Shown here: piece after piece, positions 50,270 to 62,100 of the stretch | How positions within the stretch are numbered: the stretch's first letter is position 1 | Layout: each line of letters begins with the position of its first letter | Origin: Haliotis rufescens | Taxonomy: Eukaryota | Direction of reading: 5' to 3' | DNA: 64,000 nt | Assembly: GCF_023055435.1 (NCBI RefSeq) | Contig: NW_025964383.1 | Coordinates: 17,546,001-17,610,000 of the forward strand | Notes under the pieces: generated by a model | Told to the model about the DNA's origin: nothing | The model's database searches: none | Seen by the model: the letters and a program-made list of their open reading frames with translations, nothing else | Position numbers and translations under genes: made by a program

Positions 50270-51179
50270 ATAGCGTGGTGTGAGGTCGGTGTAAGGGTAA
50301 TGTCCAGAGGGGGCTAAGAATTTGAAGGAAACGCCGGTTGATTACTGGACATATTGAAACAAAGGACAAAGATTTTCGGTGCACTTTGGAAACAAAGTGA
50401 AACAATTAGATATTTTGGATAATGAACTTTTAAAGAAAACTATTAAGTGGTTTCCATTATCACATAAACATAAATCCCATGTGTATACCATACAGATGAT
50501 AGTGAGTGAGTGAGCGAACGCTTTAACCACTAGGCTACCCGACCGCCCCGCATAGAGAAGGTACACACATAACAATATAAATTATAACTGTGTGCATAGG
50601 TTATCGAATTGTGTGTACAGATTAAATTTCAAATTAACCACATCTAGAACTATATCATCATTCCATCACATAAGGTTAAACATTCAAATAAGGATAAATA
50701 TTCATGACTGGGCAGCAAATAATAACAAAAGTTAAAATCTAACGTCGCATCGGCATTATTTCAGCGAGTAAAGACAAATATATATCATGACGCAATCAAA
50801 AAGTCAATAATGAACAACATCAATATTATGGACCCGAACCACACTGGTTCATGGTCTTGCTGCAGCAGTGAACTGCCATGTTTTAGTCCTGTGTAAAAAT
50901 ACTTTACAGACATTATTACATCAAGCCCACACATTAACATCCGGTTTCAGCAGCCCCGTGCTCGTCCTAAGAGGCAATGAACCCCGTGATGATCAGGCCA
51001 GCTCGGCTGACACATGCCATCGTATCCCATGTTCGTAGATCGATGCGCATGATGTCAGTCACTAGATCGCCTGGTTCAGACTTGATATAATATCCGTGTT
51101 TATTTATATTAAAACGAGGTGCATTCTTCATATCTACTAATTCCATATTTCAGATATTATTATTATACACTATTCTGGA

Positions 51180-51398
51180 ACCCCGTGAAGATCCAGGTTG
51201 GAAATGGTCTTAGCTACCCATGCTTGTCATAAGGGTCAACTCAACTAACGGGATCGGGCGACTTGGTTGATGCATATCACCGAATCCCAATTACGTAGAT
51301 CGATGTTAATGATGTCCATATTCCAGGTTGTCGATTATGTACGGTCCGACGTCACATAGCTGGAATACTGCTGAGTTTGGCGATAACCCACAAAGAAA
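51180..51398 (+). mobile_element. Old SINE-like family D copy, positionally equivalent to 14235..14452
   Basis: Same left flank TTATTATACACTATTCTGGAA in both places. Confidence 0.72.
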
Positions 51399-51469
51399 GA
51401 CTATTCCTGATAGTGAATTGTAGAACTATCACTTTCTCTTCTTCCTTACAGAACTAACTTTCATGAACT

Positions 51470-51688
51470 GAGTTGCGTCCCTTGGGCACGCCAGAAACCT
51501 ATGATCGTGGGTTCGAATCCCGGTTCGCCCCGGTTATGTTTCTAGGTTTGTCAGCACCATACCCGTGCTCGTGGTAAACGTCTGAGACCTACATCACTTC
51601 GGGCTTTCCTCCCACAAGAAGCTGACACGCCGCGATATAACTGGAATACTGTTCAAACCGGCGTTAAACCCAATTCACTCACTCACTC
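51470..51688 (+). mobile_element. 5'-truncated SINE family B
   Basis: TCATGAACTGAG / TCATGAGCTGAG flanks; (ACTC)n tail. Confidence 0.85.
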
Positions 51689-52440
51689 ATGAGCTGAGGA
51701 CCAAACTGTTGTTAAACGATTTTGTGACCGTATTTTGTCCAACGTGAAAGCCACATATTGTGTAAACTAACGTACTGTATAACAAATTTGCTTGACCTTT
51801 TCCAATCTTTATTATCACAACACATAAATTCAATTCACATTTCAGGACACGAATGATTATATTATATTTCCCGCATTAAATACCGTTTTACAATAGTAAG
51901 GTGTTCGGAATTTGCCCTGATAGAGCATGTAATACCAGTGTAAATACATCTGCAATTATTACCCCCTTGACAAATATAGAACCAGGCGACTGAATTGCAA
52001 ATAAAACAGGATGTCATACAAATGTCAACAACATTTCCAAATATCATGTCAAGTTGACTAAAACATGCAAACTTTGCAAATCATGTGTGTACATTACCAT
52101 TGACTTGAGGTCTGTCAGCTCCTTAACTCGTTAACGAGTTTGTTCAATGTTTTAGATTCCAGTCCTGTGCCATTATTTGGACTCACGTGAATTTCCGACA
52201 TACAGTAATGTTTCATCGATTTATCCCTGTAGTCATGCATCATTTAATAATTTACGCGTGGAGCTTGAGAACATTCCTTGCAGTGAATAAAAGCAACAAA
52301 ATTCTTTCCATATTCGTAATTATTATGAAACGCCTACGCCAAAGAATATCTCCATTATCCCCCGAAACAGATTTTATGGGAGTAAAAGGCAACGTAGCGG
52401 GAATATTATAGGAACGGATCACCGAATATCAGTCATCGCG

Positions 52441-55400
52441 AAAAGGGAACATATGTCCTATCCTAGCGGTAGCACCCGTCACTCACACAATCTTACAAGC
52501 ACATACAAGGAAAGTCACTTCTACATCTGGAAAATAAGGGAACATATATCCTGTCCTAGCGGTAGCACCCGTCACTCACACAATCTTACAAGCACATACA
52601 AGGAAAGTCACTTCTACATCTGGAAAAAAAGGAACATATGTCCTGTCCTAGCGGTAGCACCCGTCACTCACACAATGCAATCTTACAAACACATACAAGG
52701 AAAGTCACTTCTACATCTGGAAAATAAGGGAACATATATCCTGTCCTAGCGGTAGCACCCGTCACTCACACAATCTTACAAACACATACAAGGAAAGTCA
52801 CTTCTACATCTGGAAAATAAGGGAACATATATCCTGTCCTAGCGGTAGCACCCGTCACTCACACAATCTTACAAGCACATACAAGGAAAGTCACTTCTAC
52901 ATCTGGAAAAAAAAGGAACATATGTCCTGTCCTAGCGGTAGGATCCGTCACTCACACAATCTTACAAGCACATACAAGGAAAGTCACTTCTACATCTGGA
53001 AAAAAAAGGAACATATGTCCTGTCCTAGCGGTAGCACCCGTCACTCACACAATCTTACAAGCACATACAAGGAAAGTCACTTCTACATCTGGAAAAAAAA
53101 GGAACATATATCCTGTCCTAGCGGTAGCACCCGTCACTCACACAATCTTACAAGCACATACAAGGAAAGTCACTTCTACATCTGGAAAATAAGGGAACAT
53201 ATATCCTGTCCTAGCGGAAGCACCCGTCACTCACACAATCTTACAAGCACATACAAGGAAAGTCACTTCTACATCTGGAAAAAAAGGAACATATGTCCTG
53301 TCCTAGCGGTAGCACCCGTCACTCACACAATCTTACAAGCACATACAAGGAAAGTCACTTCTAAATCTGGAAAAAAAAGGAACATATGTCCTGTCCTACC
53401 GGTAGCACCCGTCACTCACACAATCTTACAAACACATAAAAGGAAAGTCACTTCTACATCTGGAAAATAAGGGAACATATATCCTGTCCTAGCGGTAGCA
53501 CCCGTCACTCACACAATCTTACAAGCACATACAAGGAAAGTCACTTCTACATCTGGAAAAAAAGGAAACATATGTCCTGTCCTAGCGGTAACACCCGTCA
53601 CTCACACAATCTTACAAGCACATACAAGGAAAGTCACTTCTACATCTGGAAAATAAGGGAACATATATCCTGTCCTAGCGGTAGCACCCGTCACTCACAC
53701 AATCTTACAAGCACATACAAGGAAAGTCACTTCTACATCTGGAAAAAAAGGAAACATATGTCCTGTCCTAGCGGTAGCACCCGTCACTCACACAATCTTA
53801 CAAGCACATACAAGGAAAGTCACTTCTACATCTGGAAAATAAGGGAACATATATCCTGTCCTAGCGGTAGCACCCGTCACTCACACAATCTTACAAGCAC
53901 ATACAAGGAAAGTCACTTCTACATCTGGAAAATAAGGGAACATATATCCTGTCCTAGCGGTAGCACCCGTCACTCACACAATCTTACAAACACATACAAG
54001 GAAAGTCACTTCTACATCTGGAAAATAAGGGAACATATATCCTGTCCTAGCGGTAGCACCCGTCACTCACACAATCTTACAAGCACATACAAGGAAAGTC
54101 ACTTCTACATCTGGAAAAAAAAGGAACATATATCCTGTCCTAGCGGTAGCACCCGTCACTCACACAATCTTACAAGCACAAACAAGGAAAGTCACTTCTA
54201 CATCTGGAAAAAAAAGGAACATATATCCTGTCCTAGCGGTAGCACCCGTCACTCACACAATCTTACAAGCACATACAAGGAAAGTCACTTCTACATCTGG
54301 AAAAAAAGGAACATATGTCCTGTCCTAGCGGTAGCACCCGTCACTCACACAATCTTACAAGCACATACAAGGAAAGTCACTTCTACATGTGGAAAAAAAG
54401 GAACATATATCCTGTCCTAGCGGTAGCACCCGTCACTCACACAATCTTACAAACACATACAAGGAAAGTCACTTCTACATCTGGAAAATAAGGGAACATA
54501 TATCCTGTCCTAGCGGTAGCACCCGTCACTCACACAATCTTACAAGCACATACAAGGAAAGTCACTTCTACATCTGGAAAATAAGGGAACATATATCCTG
54601 TCCTAGCGGTAGCACCCGTCACTCACACAATCTTACAAGCACATACAAGGAAAGTCACTTCTACATCTGGAAAAAAAAGAACATATGTCCTGTCCTAGCG
54701 GTAGCACCCGTCACTCACACAATCTTACAAGCACATACAAGGAAAGTCACTTCTACATCTGGAAAAAAAAGGAACATATATCCTGTCCTAGCGGTAGCAC
54801 CCGTCACTCACACAATCTTACAAGCACATACAAGGAAAGTCACTTCTACATCTGGAAAATAAGGGAACATATATCCTGTCCTAGCGGTAGCACCCGTCAC
54901 TCACACAATCTTACAAGCACATACAAATAAAGTCACTTCTACATCTGGAAAAAAAGGAACATATGTCCTGTCCTAGCGGTAGCACCCGTCACTCACACAA
55001 TCTTACAAGCACATACAAGGAAAGTCACTTCTACATCTGGAAAAAAAAGGAACATATATCCTGTCCTAGCGGTAGCACCCGTCACTCACACAATCTTACA
55101 AGCACATACAAGGAAAGTCACTTCTACATCTGGAAAATAAGGGAACATATATCCTGTCCTAGCGGTAGCACCCGTCACTCACACAATCTTACAAGCACAT
55201 ACAAATAAAGTCACTTCTACATCTGGAAAAAAAGGAACATATGTCCTGTCCTAGCGGTAGCACCCGTCACTCACACAATCTTACAAGCACATACAAGGAA
55301 AGTCACTTCTAAATCTGGAAAAAAAGGAACATATATCCTGTCCTAGCGGTAGCACCCGTCACTCACACAATCTTACAAACACATAAAAGGAAAGTCACTT

Positions 55401-57939
55401 CTACATCTGGAAAAAAAAGGAACATATGTCCTGTCCTAGCGGTAGCATCCGTCACTCACGCAATCTTACAAGCACATAAAAGGAAAGTCACTTCTACATC
55501 TGGAAAATAAGGGAACATATATCCTGTCCTAGCGGTAGCATCCGTCACTCACACAATCTTACAAGCACATACAAGGAAAGTCACTTCTACATCTGGAAAA
55601 TAAGGGAACATATATCCTGTCCTAGCGGTAGCACCCGTCACTCACAGAATCTTACAAACACATAAAAGGAAAGTCACTTCTACATCTGGAAAAAAAAGGA
55701 ACATATGTCCTGTCCTAGCGGTAGCATCCGTCACTCACGCAATCTTACAAGCACATAAAAGGAAAGTCACTTCTACATCTGGAAAATAAGGGAACATATA
55801 TCCTGTCCTAGCGGTAGCATCCGTCACTCACACAATCTTACAAGCACATACAAGGAAAGTCACGTCTACATCTGGAAAATAAGGGAACATATATCCTGTC
55901 CTAGCGGTAGCACCCGTCACTCACACAATCTTACAAGCACATACAAGGAAAGTCACTTCTACATCTGGAAAAAAAGGGAACATATATCCTGTCCTAGCGG
56001 TAGCACCCGTCACTCACACAATCTTACAAGCACATACAAGGAAAGTCACTTCTACATCTGGAAAATAAGGGAACATATATCCTGTCCTACCGGTAGCACC
56101 CGTCACTCACACAATCTTACAAGCACATACAAGGAAAGTCACTTCTACATCTGGAAAATAAGGGAACATATATCCTGTCCTAGCGGTAGCACCCGTCACT
56201 CACACAATCTTACAAACACATAAAAGGAAAGTCACTTCTACATCTGGAAAATAAGGGAACATATATCCTGTCCTAGCGGAAGCATCCGTCACTCACACAA
56301 TCTTACAAACACATAAAAGGAAAGTGATTTCTACATCTGGAAAATAAGGGAACATATATCCTGTCCTAGCGGTAGCACCCGTCACTCACACAATCTTACA
56401 AACACATAAAAGGAAAGTCACTTCTACATCTGGAAAAAAAGGAAACATATGTCCTGTCCTAGCGGTAGCACCCGTCACTCACACAATCTTACAAGCACAT
56501 ACAAGGAAAGTCACTTCTACATCTGGAAAATTAGGGAACATATATCCTGTCCTACCGGTAGCACCCGTCACTCACACAATCTTACAAACACATAAAAGGA
56601 AAGTCACTTCTACATCTGGAAAATAAGGGAACATATATCCTGTCCTAGCGGTAGCATCCGTCACTCACACAATCTTACAAACACATAAAAGGAAAGTCAT
56701 TTCTACATCTGGAAAATAAGGGAACATATATCCTGTCCTAGCGGTAGCACCCGTCACTCACACAATCTTACAAACACATAAAAGGAAAGTCACTTCTACA
56801 TCTGGAAAATAAGGGAACATATATCCTGTCCTATCGGTAGCATCCGTCACTCACAGAATCTTACAAACACATAAAAGGAAAGTCACTTCTACATCTGGGA
56901 AAAAAGGGAACATATATCCTGTCCTAGCGGTAGCACCCGTCACTCACACAATCTTACAAACACATAAAAGGAAAGTCACTTCTACATCTGGGAAAAAAGG
57001 GAACATATATCCTGTCCTAGCGGTAGCACCCGTCACTCACACAATCTTACAAACACATAAAAGGAAAGTCACTTCTACATCTGGAAAATAAGGGAACATA
57101 TATCCTGTCCTAGCGGTAGCACCCGTCACTCACACAATCTTACAAACACATAAAAGGAAAGTCACTTCTACATCTGGGAAAAAAGGGAACATATATCCTG
57201 TCCTAGCGGTAGCACCCGTCACTCACACAATCTTACAAACACATAAAAGGAAAGTCACTTCTACATCTGGAAATTAAGGGAACATATATCCTGTCCTAGC
57301 GGTAGCACCCGTCACTCACACAATCTTACAAACACATAAAAGGAAAGTCACTTCTACATCTGGAAAATAAGGGAACATATATCCTGTCCTAGCGGTAGCA
57401 CCCGTCACTCACAGAATCTTACAAGCACATACAAGGAAAGTCACTTCTACATCTGGAAAATAAGGGAACATATATCCTGTCCTAGCGGTAGCACCCGTCA
57501 CTCACACAATCTTACAAACACATAAAAGGAAAGTCACTTCTACATCTGGAAAATAAGGGAACATATGTCCTGTCCTAGCGGTAGCATTCGTCACTCACAC
57601 GATCTTACAAACACATACAAGGAAAGTCACTTCTACATCTGGAAAATAAGGGAACATATGTCCTGTCCTAGCGGTAGCACCCGTCACTCACACAATCTTA
57701 CAAACACATAAAAGGAAAGTCACTTCTACATCTGGAAAATAAGGGAACATATGTCCTGTCCTAGCGGTAGCATCCGTCACTCACACGATCTTACAAACAC
57801 ATAAAAGGAAAGTCACTTCTACATCTGGAAAATAAGGGAACATATGTCCTGTCCTAGCGGTAGCATCCGTCACTCACACGATCTTACAAACACATAAAAG
57901 GAAAGTCACTTCTACATCTGGAACAATAAGGGGACATAT
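52441..57939. repeat. Tandem array (minisatellite) of a ~93-bp unit, about 59 copies
   Basis: Unit AAGGGAACATATATCCTGTCCTAGCGGTAGCACCCGTCACTCACACAATCTTACAAGCACATACAAGGAAAGTCACTTCTACATCTGGAAAAT; period 93 (e.g. 53841 to 53934). Confidence 0.97.
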
Positions 57940-58708
57940 CACTCAAGCCAAAATCGGGAATTGCACCGGACATCATTTTGGCCACTGATACCACATATTG
58001 AGAAATGTTCTCCACATGTCTACAATAAACCTTTATGAACACCGAGGCCTTAAACTTGTACCAATGTGTAATTTATTCAAGCTCAGATACATGCTTTTTG
58101 TACACTGAAATCATACAGAAACTTTGCTGGGATTTTGCTGTTGAAAAATGTACGTTTTTTCCATGTTCTGTGTTGAACCATGAACATACACTGTTTAAGG
58201 TATATTATACTTTTAACTGTCTGTGATGCAGTCGAATGAGCGAATAATCAATGGACAATAACTCCCATGTAAATAAAAGTAAACAATTATTCAAATATAA
58301 AGTCACAGCTATCGCAGACACGGAGTGCCACATGTGAATCTTTCGATTAAAATCGAAAGAATAATACGGTTCGATTCCCTACATAAGTACTGCATGTGAA
58401 GCCCATTTTTAATGTGGATATTGCTGGATTATTGCTATCAGCGGTGTAAAATCATACTCACACATTCCCTCCCTATATTTCAAAAGATATGATCAAGCAT
58501 TTATTATGCTTTTTGGCATAGAATATGAAAAGTATTAAGAAGGATATGTCTTGAGGAGTAGAATGTCTGGTATGGTGCAACACCAGTTACTGATACGTTT
58601 TAACTGAAGAAGCATAGCAAACTAGGGAACACTGGACGATAAGACCCTTTTTAAAAACAAGTTCAATCATTGTTTAAGCGATATTTCAGGATACGCTCGA
58701 TTACTAGT

Positions 58709-59021
58709 ATACTACTCAAAAGAACTTTAGGATCAGCAGATTCTTTCAAATTACTATTGTTAATCTGTAATGGTATGAAAGATAAACTATAGTAATAGTA
58801 AATAATTGGGTGATCCTTAACTTCTTTTGAGTAGTATATTATGGCTTATCTGCTACTCCAAAGAAGTTAAAGAACACCCGATTCTTTCATATTACCTTTG
58901 TTAATCTGTCATGGGACTTTCTTATACCAGAGAAGAGTAATGTATACTATGGCATGACATGACAGATTAACTATAGCGATATCAAAGAATCGGGTGTTCT
59001 TTTACTGTTTTTGAATAGTAT
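58709..59021. mobile_element. Two adjacent TA-flanked MITEs downstream of IR-D
   Basis: TATACTCAAAAGAAC...CTTCTTTTGAGTAGTA (58709..58836) and CTACTCCAAAGAAGTTAAAGAACACCCGATTC...GAATCGGGTGTTC...TAGTA (58853..59021). Confidence 0.7.
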
Positions 59022-59115
59022 AGTTTAACCTGATTTACCGAAGCCATGAAGATGTCATGAAATGTGACTGTAACTAACAGTAACATTCATGTGTTCATTT
59101 TCATAGAATAGTCAA

Positions 59116-62100
59116 TCAATCTTGGTTTATTTGGTAGTTTAGGAAACGTTCAATTCCTAAAATCGTGATGGCTACTGTAATTCCTGATACACACATTGTC
59201 CAGGCACTCCGCATGTTACTCATGTCAACCTTCGTCATTGCAGGTACATCTTCCTCCCGTTTTGTGCTGGACCATTTTCTTGCCCAGGCTTCCAGCATGC
59301 CGTTATCATATAGACGCATAAGTCTGGAACAGTAAGGTGTAGTATTTATAGTACTACTGCTTAAGACTTGTCTTTTGAGACTGTTTGCGGTTATGGGGGT
59401 ATAAACGTAAATAACAGTAATTTATTTGATCATAAACACAAACAAATATCGACAACAATAATTACAATCAGTGACATCGTTCAGCGCAATCAATCAATCA
59501 ATCAATCAATCAGGAAACACTTGTGCGTTAGTTGACGCGGTCTAATTTCTTTTCAGGTTATGGAAACATAAACGTCAAATAAATTGTAGGTTAGCCGATC
59601 AAATGCTGCAGAATCACTTGCAATTTATTTATGAATTGATACCAATAACCTCTTTAATAAAAAAATAATTACATGTTAATCTTTCTTTCAGAAGGGATTG
59701 TGTTCACTCGAGTACATTAACATATATTGTACAATTTGAAACAAATATTGAATCAAAGCATATATTCCTTAATGGGATAAATTTCTTTCGCCTTAGACTG
59801 TCATTTAAACATGAAACATGCGTTTTTAGTACTTACTTGTCTGAAAATAACTCCGCAAGGGGTGAATTGGCAGGAAAGGGTAGGCTTAGAAAATATGGAC
59901 CAATACTACATTTCATCTTTCGGAGGTTAAAAACCATCTTTTCTATACCATTAGTCTCGGTTGAACCGGTAATGTATGCGTAGTAGCTAGACTGTAGGAG
60001 CATCTTAATGTGAAGATCCTCGTCCAGAGAGTTTCGGATATCTGCAGATCGGGCGTCCAACACTTTCGTCCAGATTTTCTTGCTCACACTATCATTAGAA
60101 TACTGAAAAGCAATACAAAACACATCTTTTTAGAAATCAGTTGATAGAAGTACGTTGGGAATATGGGTAGTAGCTTATTAGCTCATTCCTGACATCAAAT
60201 ATGATTTACAAACGTCATTTAAGTAGTAAATGTTTGGGGTATTGCTAATCACTTACATCAGACAAAAGTTTCAGTCCATGACCTATTTCGATGTTTACCC
60301 TTCTCTACAATACAAGGGGACCTGGGGGAAGCAAAAGGACATTACAATTCAACAGTTTACATTGCAATCATGCAACCTACCTTGTAGATATCTACATAAG
60401 ATGTGCCTTTAGCAATGATAATCTTGAAGTCGTCATTTTCTGCAAGCTCTTTTATCGTATTGAAGGGTATGTTTTCTTTTACCACTGATATAATTGCAAC
60501 CAGATTACCCGTGTAAACTGCGACAATGATGATGCAAAACCACACCCAGCTTGTGTAGAATATGCGTCCTGAACTGGCCCGTGGGAGATGCAGCGAACCT
60601 GTGGATATTAAGCGCACTACACAAGGGAAGTTAACGAAATCCCAATGCTTTCATTTTACAGTAATTTGCAATAGTTCATCATTCGAACAAGAGTTACCTC
60701 CCTCTGAACAAAATGCCCTGTAGTTTACGTTACAATGCCGTAATACAATATGGCCAGTCCCAGCAGTAGTAGTAAGATTAAAACAAAATGTATTATTGTG
60801 TTTAAAAATATCAAACTAATAACATCCTTGAGGTCAAAACCTTATTATCATCAAGGATATTATGATTTGACTTATTGGCCGAACAACGTAATGTGGTGAT
60901 TGGAGTTATAGCACTCAGTTGTAGTAGATGTGGGTTAATGAAATTTATACCAGTTATTTTGTCCCCCAAAACATCTTAATCGATTAATTGTGGACCACAT
61001 TCCCGACTACTGGAGAGGCATTAAGGAATGATAAATACTACAACGTTAGACCAACGATAATATAAACTCCCTGGACCAAAGTTGACAGCCAATGTTGTCC
61101 TGAATCTGAATGACAGCTGAGTACCTTGACGTAGCGGCACAAGAACGGCCGTCATGACACTGTCTGATGTTGATGGTGGACATGCAGGAATCTCCCCGGC
61201 CTCGAAATGCTCTCCAACACTGTATCGTTCCAGCAATGTATAGAGTCCTATGCACCATGCCATCGTCAGCAGTCCGCATACATACACTTCCCATTTAAAA
61301 ACAGACACCAACAACATCCAGTGGTTATCATTATTTGACAGTTTCTTATGGACTACCTCACATTCGTATTGGTACATGATATAAGAAAATGCAAAGGCCT
61401 TGGATCTTTTAAGGGTGATTCCATAAGGTATGCCCGAAAGATCGATACCCTGAAAAAAGACAGACAAGGTGGAAATGGCTTTATGTGTAATTTTCCAATG
61501 GATCTACGTTTGCAAACAGTTCGACACAATATATTCTCTCCTTACATTTCGTGCTACCATGCCAAGAAGACCGTTCCATGTTTCGGACAATTCACCCCAA
61601 GACTTGTCCGGTGGTTCGATCAGTTCATATCTGAAGTGAAAGTGAAACATGTTGGTCATAGAACATATCAGGCTCTTCATTTCTTCACAACACGCATCAT
61701 GAATGTGAGTTGTAGGGGACAGACATTACATATGATACTATTATCTTTGAAATATGACACTAGATTGGCGTAGTTAAGAAATTGTTCTTAAGAATGTATG
61801 GACAAATTATCAATAGTAAACTTTATACTTATATAAATAAGGGGGAGTTTATTGTTATACGTACGTAAAATTGAGATATTCGGCAAGGCTGTCGAATAAA
61901 TCCTTGCAAACATGAGTGTACACAATGGAGCCATTTGTTGAACAATCTGATTTCTTGCAAAAGTTTTGCCACTGCAGAAACAAGTTTTATCACGAGAATA
62001 ATTATCTTTTAACATTCATTAGTTATGTTTATGTTTAAGCCAAATGCATAAGAGATATTATGTATGGCTTCAGTGAGCAATATTGAAATTATTCATGTGA

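Noticed and set aside
52453-55208. Repetitive ORFs (HISCPSGSTRHSHNLTSTYKESHFYIWK...)
   Set aside because: A by-product of a 93-bp (31-codon) unit. Poly-A length variants shift the frame repeatedly, so there is no sign of coding constraint.
52441-57939. CRISPR-like array
   Set aside because: Units are contiguous and near-identical with no unique spacers; no cas genes; eukaryotic context.
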